A stretch of 64,000 nt of DNA from the NCBI RefSeq assembly GCF_030684315.1, contig NC_081376.1:19759018-19823017 (forward strand), given 5' to 3'. The stretch is from Stegostoma tigrinum (Eukaryota). The stretch's first letter is position 1. Every line of letters starts with the position of its first letter. A model generated the notes under the pieces. It was not told where the DNA came from. It saw nothing but the letters and a program-made list of their open reading frames with translations, and did no database searches. Below, piece after piece: positions 13,130 to 27,278 of the stretch. The translations under genes and the position numbers were made by a program.

Positions 13130-14570
13130 CATAATGATACGTAACACAGTGCAACACATCCATGCCGACCAGATATCCTAAATAAATCTGGTCCTATTTG
13201 CTCGAATTTGACCTATAACCCCTCTAAGCACTTCGGATTCATATACCCATCCAGATGCCTTCCAAATGTTGTAATTGCACCAATCTCCACCACTTCCTCT
13301 GCCAGCTCATTCCATAAACGCACCACCCTCTGCATGAAAAAGTTGCCCCTTAGATCCCTTTTAAATCTTTCCCCTGTCACCTTAGACCTATGCCCACTGG
13401 ATTTAGACTCTCCCATCCCTGGGAAAAGACCTTGTCTATTTACCCTATCCATGCCCCTCATGATTTTATAAATCTCTGAGGTCACCCCTCAGCCTCCGAT
13501 GCTCCAGGCAAAATAGCCCCAGTCTATTTAGATTCTCCCGATAGCTCAAACCCTCCAACCCTATCAACATCCTCATAAACCTTTTCTGAACCCTTTCAAG
13601 TTTCACAATATCCTTCCTTTTGAGGGAAACAAGAATTGCACATAGCATTCCAAAAGTGGCCTCACCAATGTCCTGTACAACCACAACATGACCTCCCACC
13701 TCCTATATTCAATGCACTGACCAATAAAGGCAAACATACCAAACAACTTCTTCATTATCTTGTCTACCTGCAATTCCACTTTCAAGAAACTATGAATCTG
13801 CACTCCAAGGTCTCTTTCCTCAGCAACACTCCCCAGGTCCTTATCATTAAGTGTATACGTCCTGTCCTGATTTGCATTTCCAAAAATGCAGCATCTCACA
13901 TTTACCTAAATTAAACTCAACCTGCCACTCCTGGGCCCATTGATGCATCTGATCAAGATTGCATTGTATTCCAAGGTAACCCCATTCGATAACCACTATA
14001 CCTCTAAGTTCGATATCATTTTCAAAATTACTAACCATACCTCCTACGTTCACATCCAAATCATTTATGTAAATACCAAAACACAATGGATCTAGCACTT
14101 ACCCGTGTGTCACATCATGACTTTTCAGACGGGAAGCCTGTGATCAATCTCCATCACTATCCTCTTTCTTCTACCTTCGAACAAGTTCTCTATCCAAATA
14201 GCTAGCTCTCACTTGATTCGGTGTGACCTAAACTTGCTAACCAGTCTACTATGAGGAACCTTGTCGAATGTCTTACTGAAGTCCATATAGATCACATTCA
14301 CTGCTCTGCCCTCATCGATCCTCTTCGTTATTTCTTCAAAAAAGTCTGACAAGTTACTGAGACATGATTTCCCACACACAAAGGCATGTTGACTATCCCT
14401 AATCAGTCCTTGCTGTTCCAAATACGTGCAATCCTGTCCCTCAGAATTCCCTTCAACAACTTGCCCACCACTGATGTCACGCTCACTGATCTATTATGCC
14501 CTGGCTTTTCCATACCATCCTTTCGTAAAGGGTGGTACCATGTCGCCAAACCTCCAGTCTTCCAGCACCT
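13130..14570 (-). mobile_element. CR1 LINE 3' half, frameshifted
   Basis: ORFs 14209, 13847, 13603, 13466 and 13213 are successive RT and C-terminal pieces (MDFSKTFDKVPH, KLERVQKRF, EIYKIMRGMDRV). Confidence 0.93.
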
Positions 14571-15289
14571 GGCTATTTACATGTGAAATCCCTCAAGTTG
14601 AACTTAAAGCCTCTCCACTTCAGGAGGCAGGTATGCTGAACAACTGAGCCAAGTTGACATTGAATAAATGCAAGATACGAATGTATCACAATATAGTATA
14701 CTCATCTAAAGAAAATCAAACAGAAAATACACATTGACAGATGTAGAAAACCAAAGTGCCAAAGTGTATGATTCTTAATACTATCATGTGAACGCAAATT
14801 ACCATGTCGAAAGGATTTTTTTTTGGAAAAGGCATTCTGAAGGATTATAAACTTGTCATGGCACAGTCGGTCCTAAGTTAAATTGCACAGACTAATTTGA
14901 TTCAAAGAGGGAGTGTGTGTGAAACCCTGTAGTGCTTATCTAAATTATATAATTCTTGCACTGGGTGTCGAGTTTCATTTAAATGCTCTGTGCAACATTT
15001 GCACAGGAGGTTTATAATTGGTTTTGATAATCTATTTTGAAGCTGAAAAATAACTTGCAGTTTGAAGAATGTTAGATCTCTGCCAATTAAAAATCTTATA
15101 AGTGTCAAACAAAAAAAAAGTATTTTACATCATTGTTTCAAATTGCTTTGAAAATTCCTGCACCAGTTCTATCAATGGGAAAATCCATTTTGAAAGTGTG
15201 AACAGTCATCTGTAATACCTTCTATAACTGGGGTTTTCAGCGTTTATTTCTGATCTAACACTAGTGTTTCTACATGATCTATTATTCAA

Positions 15290-17850
15290 TTTAGGATTCA
15301 GGACATGTGAGAAACTGCAGCAAGTTTTACAAGGATGTTGCCAAAGTTCAAAACTACCATCACTGAACAGGCTCTTTACCCTTGAAAATGTTGAAAAATG
15401 ACCTGAATAAAGGACTTCAAAATTTTGAAAGTGTTTGATTAGGTAAATTTAAAGATGTTCCATGGTTTAGAAGTTTCAAGGAAGATCGGGGACAGTGAGA
15501 GAGACAGGGCCATTGCATTATTGTTAAAGGAAGCCATCACTGCAGTAACATGGGAGAACGTGATCGAAGGGTCTTCAAACTAGGTCATCTAGGTACAGTT
15601 CAGGAAGAAAAAGAGGTGACTACCTTGCAGGGATTATACTACAAGTCTCCTAAATCAGAGGGAGAAAGAGGAGCAGACATGTAGGCACATCACAAAGGTG
15701 CAAGAGAAACAGGGTCATAGCTCTAGGGAACTTCAACTTTCTTAACAATAACTGGGATTGCCTTGGTGTGAAATGATCAGATAGGGTAGAAATTTTAAAG
15801 TGCATCCAAAAGAGCTTTTTACACCAGTACATAGATAGTCCTACTAGAAATAGGTCAATGCTTGACCTAAACCTAAAAGAATGAAGCTAGTCAAGAGATC
15901 GAAATTTCAGTGGGCAAGCATTCTGGGGATAGCGACCATAACTCTTAAGTTTCAAAGTCATGAGAGAAAGGGATAAGAATAGTGCAGAAACTAAATTGGG
16001 TGAAGGCTGATTTCAATACCATTAGGCAAGATCTGGCAAACAAAGACTGGGAGCAAGCTACTTGCAGGCAAGTTTACTTGGAAAGTGGACATCTTGGAAG
16101 AGGGCAAAGTGAGGCCACAAAATATCTTTGGCAAATGAGATCAAGGAAAACTCCAAGACTTTTTTGTGAGTATATTATAGGAACAGGACTAGCAAGCAGA
16201 GGGTGGGACCCATTAGAAATCATAGAGATAGCCTGCACTTACAGCCAGTGGATGCAGGTGAGGTCTTAAAATGAATAATTCTCAAATGTTTTCATGCAGG
16301 AAAAAGACATTGTAACCAAGGATTTCGTTTCGAGAACTGTTAAGATTAATAAGGGCATATTAGATATTTTAGAGGGCGTACAGGTGCACAAACGCCCAAG
16401 ACCTGATGATAAGTAACCCAGGCTGCAATAGGAGATAAGGGAGGAGATTTCTGGGGCCCTGGTAGAGATATTTAATACTGCACTGGCCACAGGTGAAGTG
16501 CCAGACAACTGGAGGATAACTAATGTGGTTCCTTTGCTCAAGAAGGGCAACAGGAATAGGCCAGGTCATTTCAGACCAGTTAGTTTGACGTCGGTAGTGG
16601 GAAATTGTTAGAAAAAATTCTGAAGGACAGGATTAATAAATACTTGAAAGGCAGGGATAGTCAGCACAGATTTGTTAAAGATAGATCCTGTCTGACTAAC
16701 TTAATTGAATTTCTTTAAAAGGTGACTAAATATATTGATGACAATAGTACAATTGATGTAGTTTACACGGACTTCAATAAACCCTTTGACAAGATGCCAT
16801 GTGAAAGGCTGGTCCAAAAGGCAAGAGCCCATGGGATCCAAGACAACTTGGCAAACCTGGCTTACAGGTAGGAGGTAAAGGGTGATAATGGAGAATTTTT
16901 TTTTAAATTGAATTGACCAGACGTGCACGAAAGGGTAGGAGCTAGCAGCCTTGCTGTTTAGAATGTATCTTAATGGCTTGGATGTGAATGTAGAAGCTAC
17001 AAGTATTAAGTTTACAATGATTCAAAAATTGGTGGTATTGTTGATCGTGAGGAGGGTGTTCTCAGACTTCAAACTGATATTGCTCAGCTGGTCAATTAAG
17101 AACAGCAGTGGCAGATGGAATTTAATCCTGATATTCGCAAGGTGATACATTAGGGGAGGTCCAATAGGGAAGGAGATACACAATGAATGGTAGATTCCTA
17201 AGGAGCACTGACGAACAAAGAAACCTTAGGTGTATAAGTCGATAGATCCCTCAAGGCTTCAGCACAAGTAGACAGGGCAGTGAAGGCAGGATACAGGATG
17301 CTTGCTTTCATTAGCCAAGGCATAGAATATAGGAGCAAAGAAGACTTGCTACAACTTTATAAGTGGTTATGCCACAAATAAAATACTGCATGCAGTTCCG
17401 GTCGCCACACTATCATAAAGACTTGATTGCACTGAAGAGGGTGTGAGGAACCACCAGGATGTTGCCTGAGATGAGAGTCAGTTATGAGGAGTGACTGGGT
17501 TTGTTTTCATTGGAGCAGAGGAGGCTGAAGATGGAGGGATCTGATTGTAGATTGTGAGAATCTCTTCCCCACAGTAGTCATACCTAAGATCAGAGGACAT
17601 GAGTTCAAGGTGAGGAGCAAGTGGTTTTGAAGAGATCAGAGGAAATGTTTTTTAAAAAGATAGCAGAATGCACTACCTGAGAGAGTGGTGGAGGCAGGTA
17701 TTCTCACATTTAAGGAGCACCTGGACACGCACTTAAGATGCCACAGAGAAGTCGGCTATGGACCAAGTACAGGTAAATATGATTAGTGTAGTTTGGTGCT
17801 TTTGATCAGCATAGGCACGGTGGCTCAAAGGGTATTTTTTATGATTAAGG
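15290..17850 (+). mobile_element. Degraded CR1 LINE(s)
   Basis: Endonuclease (YYKSP, GNFNF) and RT remnants, ending in a CR1 3' tail near 17840. Confidence 0.85.
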
Positions 17851-18189
17851 AAAGATTACACTAATTAAAACTTAATCTAATACCTGAGTAACTACAAAAC
17901 TGACCTCAGCCAACACAATATAACTATGATTTCCCTCAATCTGACTATCCACCTTACCTATAATCTTATCCACTCAACCATTCACTATGGTAGTTAATGC
18001 CATGAAAATAGAGCACGTTTCATCATTATCCTAATCATACTCCAGCTTGACAGAGTCCCCAAATAGACACTCCACTTTATGTCAAAGTACGATTCAGAAA
18101 ACACGAGAAATTGCACAGCAACAATGAATTTGCGAGCGCTGAAGTAATCCAACTAATATTGCCACTGCTGCAAAGTTTCGGGATGCAGA

Positions 18190-19240
18190 TTTTATATTCT
18201 GTTATTAAGGACAGGATTGCAGAGGATTTGGAAGTGCATGATAAAATAGGGCTGAATCACAATGGCTTTGTCACAGGGAGGCAATGCCTGATAAATCTAT
18301 TAGAATTCTTTGAGGTGGTAATAAGCTAGACCATGGACAGCCAGTGGACGTGATCTATTTGGATTTCCAGAAAGTCTTTGGCAAAGTACCGCTCAGGAAG
18401 CTGCTAAATAAGATAAGAGTCCATGGTATTAGGGGCTAGTTACTGGCATGGATACAGAATTGGTAGAAGGCAGACTGTAGGGATAAAGGGGTGTTTTCCA
18501 GGGTGGCATCCAGTGACTGGTGGAGCCGCTGCTGGGATCACAGCTATTCATATTATGTTAACAATCTGGACCAAGGAACTGAGGGCATTATTGCTAAGTT
18601 TGCAGATGACATAGTGATAGGCGAAGGGGCAGATACTGTGAGAAAGTAAGGAGGCTGCAAAAGGACATGGCCAGGCTGGGAGAGTAGGCAGAGAAGCGGC
18701 AGATGGAATACAAGGTAGCAAAGTTTGAGGTCATGCACTTTGATAGGAAGAATATAGGTGTATACTAAATGGTGAAAGGCTACAGAAATCTGAAGCACAA
18801 AGGGAAGTGGGAGTTCTAGTTCAGGATTTTCCTAAGGTTAATGTCCAGGTTTATCTGGCAGTTAGGAAGGCAAATTCAATGTTAGCATTTATTTCAAGAG
18901 GACTAGAATACAACAACAGAGACGTACTACTGAAGATGTAAGGCTGTGAAATATTGTGAGCAATTTTGCACCCCGTACCAAAGGGCATTTTCACACAAGG
19001 GGTGGTGCATGCATGGAACGAGCTGCCAGAGGAAGTGGTGGAGGCTGGTACAATTACAATGTTTCAAAAGGCATCTGGATGGGTATATGAATAGGAAGAA
19101 TTTAGTAGGCTATGGACCAAATGCTAGCAAATGCGACCAGGTCAGATTGTTGCCGGGGGGTGGGGGGGGGGGGGGGTGTCTGGTCAGCATGGACAGGTGG
19201 ACAAAAGGGTCTGTTTCCATGATGCTTGACTCTATGACTT
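18190..19240 (+). mobile_element. Degraded CR1 LINE (RT to 3' end)
   Basis: HNGFVTGRQCLINLLEFFE; gctaagtttgcagatgac (AKFADD); tail gactctatga. Confidence 0.88.
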
Positions 19241-19694
19241 CACAGAACACCATCGGTCTCCACCAACTAGCTTCAACCAGAAAACAAATGCGCTCAACCT
19301 GCAATTGACAGTGGCTGGCATGACCTTCTTCATGGCCACATTTCACTGGTACCCCCCACAAACTGAGTCATGTCCAAGTTTTAGCCCAACATGAAAGAAG
19401 CTTAATTATACTTTTCTTACAGTAACTATGGTGTAGTAGACTGCACTTCGCAGGTATTCTATGGCAAGATTCTAAAATCAAGTATATTAAAAAAAGGTTA
19501 TACACGTCCTCTCAATTTAGAAGTATTTTCTTTCAGCAGCAACTACATTTAAAGTTAATACCAATTTCAGTCAAAGGTAATTACACTACAAATGTTTTCT
19601 ATTAGAAGTTTTGTGGGAAGCAAACCAAAAACTGTTAATAATCTAAGAAGCTTCAGAAGCCACAGGCTGCAGCTATGCTGTGTCACAATGGCAA

Positions 19695-19712
19695 CACTGC
19701 CCCCTGCTGTAT
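19695..19712 (-). promoter_or_regulatory. Candidate CTCF site in the MAD1L1 intron
   Basis: The minus strand reads ATACAGCAGGGGGCAGTG, matching the CTCF core in apparently non-repetitive sequence. Confidence 0.4.
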
Positions 19713-20059
19713 CAGATCAACACTTCAGCAAATCTTGCTGAATTGCTACTAACCGGACATGTTAATTGAAATAGAATGAAGAAAAATAAGGCCATTTGCT
19801 AACCACGCATGGGTCTTATTTTTCACATTATATCCCAAATCTACGCATCCAAATGACCCACTCACACCAATACTGCTACAGAAATGCTCATCTGCACCTC
19901 AGTTGCCTCAAGGAATGAGTCTCTGAAGCCAAGGTTAAACCAAAATTTTGCAATTTGAGACTGTCTGCTCCACCATCACTGCGAATCCTTCGGGCAGTAG
20001 GTTTCAGCCCTTTGACATTCTCTTTCCCAAATATGACCTTAACAATTCTCTCTCTCCTC

Positions 20060-20500
20060 TGGTATTCCGTGGTAACTCTGTTTCCTAGTTAAAAGGCCAT
20101 GCATTCAAGTTCCACTCCAGTGACTTGAGTATGAATGCAAATTAGCAAAAGTGCAGTACTGAGGTAGTCCCACTTTGACAGAGATGATCATTCAGTTGAG
20201 GCAACAACAAAAGGACCCACTGCTCTTTTGGTGGATGCAAAAGGCACCATGGCACTTCTGAAGAGAAGCAAAATGTTCTCTAGAGTTCTGACCAATATTT
20301 AGTCTTCCACCAACATCACAAAACAGATTACCCAACTGTTATCTTATTGTTACTTGTGGGATCTTACTACATGCAAATTCTCTGACCATTTCTTCCAAGG
20401 CACCAGTGACAATGCTTCAACAATACATTCCTGGCATTTTGGTACAGCCTGAAGTCTGCCTGCAGTCCTGAACACCAATATAATTGCAAGCCTCTACTTT
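20060..20500 (+). mobile_element. DeuSINE (SacSINE1/AmnSINE1-like)
   Basis: ggatgcaaaaggcaccatggcacttctgaagagaagc...acagattacccaactgttatcttattg is Deu-domain-like. Other copies at about 44935-45350 (+), 50780-51090 (+), 49530-49685 (+, 3' part), 42480-42570 (-) and 48730-48930 (-). Confidence 0.65.
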
Positions 20501-20859
20501 TATTTTCTAAAGCTTTCCATTATTCTTTCAAATCACTCCTCCCAGAATCTTTCACACCATGCTTGGTGTCAATTTTTTAATGCACTTTTAACGTACTCTG
20601 ATGCAGCTATTTACTCCATAAACTATGCTGGACAAATGTGAGTTACTGTTGGGTCTCAGAATATATATAAAATAAGCAACTTCTGAATTCAGGCGCCAAC
20701 CAACCACACTCCTTGGAATAACTTATGCAATGGCAGATTGGAAAAAAAGTGTTATTTTGTCTGTTTTATGAAGGTATTTATTTTCTGATAAAATTCATAA
20801 TAAAAAGCCATCATCTGCCACTGAAAGTAGAAGGTGCAAGACAGGAAACAGACGTAAAT

Positions 20860-21380
20860 GAGCAACTTCCTTGAAAACACTAGTTAGTACTCATCATCAA
20901 ATCTTCCTAAAAACATAGTGAAATCAAATTGGAAGGAAAGCCACACAATATCAGGACAAGAGATTACAAGTTTAGGCACAGAGGTAGCTTTTAAGAAATG
21001 GTTAGGAGGAGGACAAAAAGGTAGAGGGGGAAGACGCTTATGGAAAGAATTTTAGATCCTATGGCTCAGTCAGCTGAAGGCAATTCTGCCAATGATGAGG
21101 CAGTGAAAATCAGAAGTGACAAAAGGCTAGAAATGGAGGAAGCACATATCTGAAAATTTTAGGACTAGAGGAAGTAACAGAGACAGGACAGACAAGGCAA
21201 CAGAAGAATTTGTGAACAAACATTAAAAATTTCAAAATTGAGGCATTGCTGGAGCAGGAGGCAGTGAGCATAAGGGTAAGAATCAAACAAGATTTGCTGC
21301 TAGTTAGGTGATAGGTAGCAGCATTTTGGATACGATCTACTTTACGGTACTGCAAAGATATAGAGAAGAACATATGTGGG
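20860..21380 (-). mobile_element. Probable old L2-type LINE fragment
   Basis: The minus-strand ORF 21110..21451 contains IQNAA, typical of the L2 ORF2 C-terminus, followed by a SLKKLPLCLNL-like end. Confidence 0.5.
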
Positions 21381-22129
21381 GTTACGCAATTCCTCACATT
21401 CAGTTCGTGGCTGGAATGTGGACAAACGCTGAGCTTACTATCATCTCCCATTTAAAGAAGATCCAAAGTAGGCAAAAAATGTTATAGGAACTGACCTGAT
21501 GATTCTTTTGAAGCTGTAAGTACCAAGTGATGCAGGGTCTTTGAGGAAGGTCTGGGAGCAAGTCTCATATTTTTACTCATCTGTGAAATTTTATATAACA
21601 GAGTGGACAGAATTCCCAAGTTATAACGGGGAAGTATTAGTCAGATTCCTGCTCCAAACTGCTATCTGTTGTCCCTGCCATGAAGTGACCATATGAGAAC
21701 AGGATTTTCCAGATCCCTGGAATTGTATCCTGCTAGCAAAAAGGAGAGTTAAGAGCTCATTTTTGGAGAAGTTCAAGCAACTGTGTGCTCAAATCAAATA
21801 ATCTGGCTACTGGTGATGACCTCATGAGCTCTTCGGGGGTATGTGAATTTATGCAGGCATGATCATTCATCATATAATTTAAGAGTTTGGCATTTAGAAA
21901 GTGCTAAACTCTAAGTGTCAATGTTCATGGTCAGACCTTGGAATAAAGCAGTCAATTCCAAGAGCAAAAAACCTGTTTTGTGCTAAATTATGGTAATTTA
22001 CCAGTAGTATTCCTGAAAGAAATTCTGTAATATTAATGTGTTAATGGGTTGATGCACTTGAACAATGCTTTGAGATCAGAAAAGCTTTTTGTCACTTAAG
22101 GAACGGGCTGTGTTAGGACCACACAGAAG

Positions 22130-22431
22130 AATAGAATCCCTAGTGTGGAGCAAGCCATCTGGCCCATCAAGTCCACACTGACTCTCCAAAGTGTCCCTAT
22201 CCCTGTAACCTCTCCATTTCCCACAGCTAGCCTGCACATCCCTGGCCACAGTGGGCAATTTCCCTTGGCCAATCCACATTACCACACATCTCTAGTCTCC
22301 GGGAGGAAACTGGAGCACCTGGAGGAAACAGGGAGAACATGTACACAAACAGTCAACCAAGACTGGAATCGAACTCGGGTTCCTCGCGCTGTGAGGCAGC
22401 AGGGCTAACTACTGAGCCACCATACCGTCCC
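22130..22431 (-). mobile_element. HE1-like tRNA-derived V-SINE
   Basis: The minus strand starts gggacggtatggtggctcagtagttagccctgctgcctcacagcgcgagg...gagttcgattcc (A and B boxes), followed by a V-domain-like core and a CR1-like tail. Confidence 0.8.
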
Positions 22432-23969
22432 ATTCTAGTGACGAGAGGGATGCTGCACAGGGTTACATGAGTTAAATCACTTACTTTCCTCCGCCAACAA
22501 TTGAGGCAGTAGAGAGGTTTTACAAACGGCTAATGGTAAATTATGCATTTTGCTTCAAATTCACCACAAACCAAACCATTTGTAGAGAAGAAGAAGTAAG
22601 AAAATGGAAGCTATATATATGAAAACTGATGATTAAAATCACCACTGAGTTTACAGACTCTTCAGTCACACCCCAAAAAGAGCAACTGGCTCCTTAACTG
22701 ACATAAACCCAAGTCTTCCGGTGATTAAAGTTCAAAGCAGTCTGGTCTTCTTAAAACTTTCTCACTGAATTCACTGTTAAATCAAACTTATCATGCATTG
22801 CAAAACAATTACTATGCTCACATGGCACTTTACAAAATGTATTAAAAATGCTATTTCCATTCTGGGTGACACAATCTCTCTTCAACCCAGAATACAAATA
22901 ACATGAATTAACCCCTTTCTCGTTGTTGCATTAATATTAGAGATTTTGGAGTTCTCTAATTTTCCCAGTGTCTGCCATATTCTTCACAGGAATGCCTAAG
23001 TTAGCGCAATAATTTTCTTGATATATCTAGCACTCCCTGCTACGTTTTACAACTTTTATGACATCTTGCACCTAATTGAAAATCATCCAGATATCAAACT
23101 TGAAAATGAACTAAAATGTTTCCCATAAACACAATCTACTAGAAGCATATTTTGAAAATTTCCATTTTGAGAGAAGAAGTGCCATAAACAAGAAATGAAT
23201 TTGTAGATGGCTGACGGTTATCTTGAAACATATGAACATAATATGAAGAACAGCAAAATTCTATCTATGTACCACATGGCATCGCATACTCAAGAGTCAA
23301 TCTACAGCACTGCAAATTGAATATCAGGTTAACACAGATCTAGCCTTCATGGAAAACTGTTGGTAAACATGATTAGAAGTTAAAAAGGAAAACAGGTGTT
23401 AAACAAGTTAAACTTGGAAGAGAAAACAAAACTTGGACTACAAAGCATGATGGTAGACTCTGCAACAACACTTGGTTTACCCAACGCATCAGATTTACAT
23501 TGAACTGCTAGAAGATGCCACCAGAAATACAGCCTGTTACTTTTTCCCAAAGCTGACTGATCTGTTATATATTCCCAGCATTTTTCTGTCCTTATTTCAA
23601 CGTGCTTTTCTGCTTACAGCATCACAAAGGATCACTTGAAAGTGATTAACATTGAGATACACCATAACTTGTATGAAGCAGTTTGTCCAGAAATTTTACA
23701 TTAAACTTATCATGCTGCATTAGCATGATGCAAGTTGTCAAGTTTCAACTGAAGACATACAGTAGATGAAATAGACAGTGCATTATGGAGTGCAGTCAAT
23801 CACTATAATAAAATGAAAAGCCCAGTGATGAATGTACATCTTGGAAAGGCACAATACTAGTTCACAGCAGACAAAGTAAAAGGAGGGAATAAACAAAAAT
23901 ATTATGAATGCAGATGGCTATTTTCTTTTGAAAAGAAAAAAATAAAGATATCATGCCACAGAATCCTAC

Positions 23970-24031
23970 CGAATATTTAATCCTGAAGTTTGTTCCACAT
24001 TCTCCCAACTTTGCAACTTGGACAATAATTT
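23970..24031 (-). CDS. MAD1L1: MAD1L1 coding exon 8 (62 nt); the gene continues beyond the left edge of the window
   Basis: KLLSKLQSWENVEQTSGLNI(R), comparable to human RLLAKLQSWERLDQTMGLSIR. Acceptor ctattttag|, donor CG|gtagga. Not in the ORF track. Confidence 0.92.
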
Positions 24032-24269
24032 CTAAAATAGTAAAGAAAATATGGTAAAAATATGGAAATTCTTAACATCAGAAAATAACATAAATGATAG
24101 AACTATACAGTTCAGAGAAGGCCCATCACTGGTGAACCAACTTCATCGACTACCTCTGTAAAAGCAATGAGAAAATCTGTTTCATCACTATTTCAGATGA
24201 ACCATTTTAATTATTAAAAATTCTTCAACCCTTTTCTCTTTTTCTTAAATGAACATCTTAAAAGGTAGT

Positions 24270-25515
24270 TGACTAGGCCAGCAAATCAGAAATTAGACAG
24301 TTAAGTATGTAATAAAAGACCTCAAATGTAGTCGCCTCCAAATTATTCCCAATCCCAAAGACACCGGCAGAAGTAGAATGATAAGGCAGATTGAATGTGT
24401 GGTTGGAAAGACAGTGCAGGAAAGAGGAGGTCTTTATTCCTGGGACACTGGAACTGGTTTCATGGAAGATGGCATCTGTGCAAGTCAGACGGGTTGCACC
24501 TGAACAGATCCAGGACTGAGCTCTGTGAAGTGCTGTTGAGACCAACGTGGCAGAGATGTGCAAACCACAACAGAGTAGCAGAATACCATAGTTTACAAAA
24601 TATTTGGAGAGACAGACAGCATTAGTACGGAGAATAGGGAGTTAAGGGTGAACTCATGAAAAGGAGAAAGTAATGAAGTCTAAACCAGTATCACTGAATG
24701 TGTACATGAATGTATGGTGCAAGTAAATAAGATTTTCGGGAGTTACAAGTGCAGATTGCCATGTGAAAATAAGATGTTGTGCTAATAACAGAGGCCTGAC
24801 TTGAGGAAGGGTGCGAATGGGTTTAAATATTCCTGGGTCCAGATAGGCGGAAAAGATAGAAAAGGAAAGGGAAGGCGAGGAAGAGGAGTGGCAATTCTTT
24901 TTAAGGAGTGCTTGAGAAAGAGAATACTTTGCAAGATTCGAGAACAGTATCAATTTGTTGAGACCATAGGCCATCAACTATCGAAGACATTCTTAAATCT
25001 CAACTGAAGTATCCTGTGCAATTCTGGTTGCGACAATATAATAAGGCCATTCAAGAAACCGCGGAAAAGGGTCACGGGAATGGTTCCATAGCTGAGAAAG
25101 TTCAGTTTAGGTGATAAATTGGAATAGTTAGGATTGTTCTCCTTGGACAGAAAGTAGATACAAAGGACATATAAAGAAGTTTACAGTCATGACAGGCTGG
25201 ATAGATCAGATAGGGAGAAACTGCCCTGCTCATGAGAGGGCACAGATTTAAAATGATTTACTAAAGAACCAAATGTGATGTGAGAAACAAAAGCTTATTT
25301 CACAAGATTGATTCAGAAATGCAACATACTGCCTGAAGTATAGTGCATACAAGTTTAATTGAGTCATTCAAGGAGGTATTGGAAGATTATTGGAATCAAA
25401 ACAATGTAAAAGGGTGTGGTGAAAAAGCAATCAGATAAGATGTTTATCTCAGGAGCCACTGTACACACAGTGAGCTAGATGGCCTGCTCCTGCATCATAA
25501 CACTCGTGATTCAAT
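24270..25515 (+). mobile_element. CR1 fragments (ORF1 esterase-like end, ORF2 start, and a separate 3' end)
   Basis: FLGHWNWFHGRWHLCKSDGLHLN (CR1 ORF1 SGNH-like) and DRKGKGRRGRGVAIL (endonuclease start); tail remnants at 25040-25515. Confidence 0.75.
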
Positions 25516-26204
25516 ATGGCCCCTTACTACCCATTTAAGGACCAACGTTCCAAACTATTACTCCAAGGTACTTCACAATTCTAAACCCTCTTTCAGTTCT
25601 CCATTTAATTTTCCTTTCTTTCCATTAAGAGAACAACACCTCTTTCTCCACTCTCTCTTCATAACTTAAAGCCTCTCAGTTCTGGTATCAGCAAATCCCT
25701 CCTATACTCTTTGCACATGAAATCCTTCCCATAGTGAGACACTGAAAATCATGTACAGCATTCTGTGGTTTGAGGAAACAAAATGTTTTGTTTTAGCTGC
25801 AAACTCAATGCAGATTGTGAATCTGTGGAGTTCACTGTCCAAGACAGTGGTAGATTTGGGACAGTGAGTAATTTGAGGAGATGGATATATTTTTGAATAC
25901 TTAGAGTTAAAGGAGTGGGCAGGAAATTAATGTTAAACCAAGGTGAGTTTGGCCATGATCGTATCAAATGGCAAAGCAGGCTCGAGGGGCTACTTTGCCC
26001 ACTCCCGCTCTTGTGTTCTAGTGGAAATATAGACTTAAATCCTTCAACAGGAAAGCTAACTGATCTTAAGATTGCAAGTCCCTCCACTCTTCTGAGAATG
26101 GGAAGGAGAAAAACATTTGATACATTTCACTTAATGATATCATGGCAATCATTATCCGGAAAGGGGGCAAAGAAGAAAACAAGCCGAAAGAAACAAACAT
26201 GAAC

Positions 26205-26319
26205 CTCATTCTCCAATTCCAGAGTAACCTTCTCTTCCTTTAACTTCTCAAGACGTTCAAGCTTTTTACGAAGACTTTCTATTTCTTCTTTCATCAGTGA
26301 ATTGTTATCTTCCACTTCC
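26205..26319 (-). CDS. MAD1L1: MAD1L1 coding exon 7 (115 nt)
   Basis: EVEDNNSLMKEEIESLRKKLERLEKLKEEKVTLELENE. Acceptor ctctacaaacag|, weak donor GAG|gttcat; phase 2-0. Confidence 0.92.
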
Positions 26320-27147
26320 CTGTTTGTAGAGGAAAGGATTAGGTTGGGATATAGTCATATTTTTCGTTCTTTACTCCATTCTCAGAACAAAAAGTTCTTT
26401 CAGCCTGCAATTTCAAACTCGAATACATGCAGAAAGGTTTAGAGCAAATTTCATGTTCTGACATAAATGTGAAGACTTGGTCAAGCAGCTTGCTGTCCCT
26501 TCACTGATGGGATCACAATCTAAATTTTAGCTCGAGAGGATGAAGGTGAGATAAAAGTTCATGGTATCTTCAATTCTTTCTAGTGGATGCAAACCCACAC
26601 TGAAAATCTTCCCTATACTAAAATACAGAAGATGCCACAAATCAGATGGGAAAAGAGAATATTGGAGAAACTCAGCTGGTCTGGCAGCATCTGTGGATAG
26701 AGAACTTCTTCAGTTCTGAACAGTAATACCAGACTTGAAATGTTAATTCTGTTTCTCTCTCCACAAATGTTGCCAGGAGTTTCTCCAGCATTCTTTGTTT
26801 GTACCAAAAAAACTTACTTCATTTTGCAAAGTAGTTGGCAATCTCATTCAAAAATGGACAATAGCTCAAAAAATACAGACAGCATTTAACCATAGCAGAT
26901 CTAAGTGTGACACTTCTGCAGGACTATCTGTGCAAGTGATCTTAAACTGAAATACATTGCAAACCGGCAACGTATACAGATTCAATGAGTCTACACCATA
27001 TTCACAGACTAGTTTTTTATGATCAAAGAGGCTGATCTGAACTGGAGGGATATCTTTATTTCAGTTTATTACATGAAAATATTTCACGTTATAAGCAAGA
27101 TGTTTCACCAGAGGGGATGAAAAATCCAAATGATCACAATTACTTAC

Positions 27148-27278
27148 TTGCAATAGGCATTCTTCTCCTTCAGCTGCCGAAGCTCTTTCTCCAGTTCAGG
27201 GATTCGAGCTAGATCTGACCGCATGTTCTTGACAATCACTGAGTCTTGTTCTTGCTGAGTCATTTTATGCTCTAATTC
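27148..27278 (-). CDS. MAD1L1: MAD1L1 coding exon 6 (131 nt)
   Basis: ELEHKMTQQEQDSVIVKNMRSDLARIPELEKELRQLKEKNAYC(K). Acceptor attcag|, donor AA|gtaagt. Confidence 0.95.

Noticed and set aside
19155-19176. Poly-G runs (also 1375-1393) as functional G-quadruplexes
   Set aside because: Homopolymer expansions inside decayed CR1 copies; also prone to assembly error.
22485-22529. 45-nt minus-strand segment ending in a strong gtaagt donor
   Set aside because: Poor acceptor, no MAD1 similarity; such donor matches are expected by chance.
1-23969. Next MAD1L1 exon (TPEDLSR-like) or a nested protein-coding gene
   Set aside because: Not found by eye. The orthologous human intron is very long, so the exon probably lies outside the window; a short exon could have been missed.
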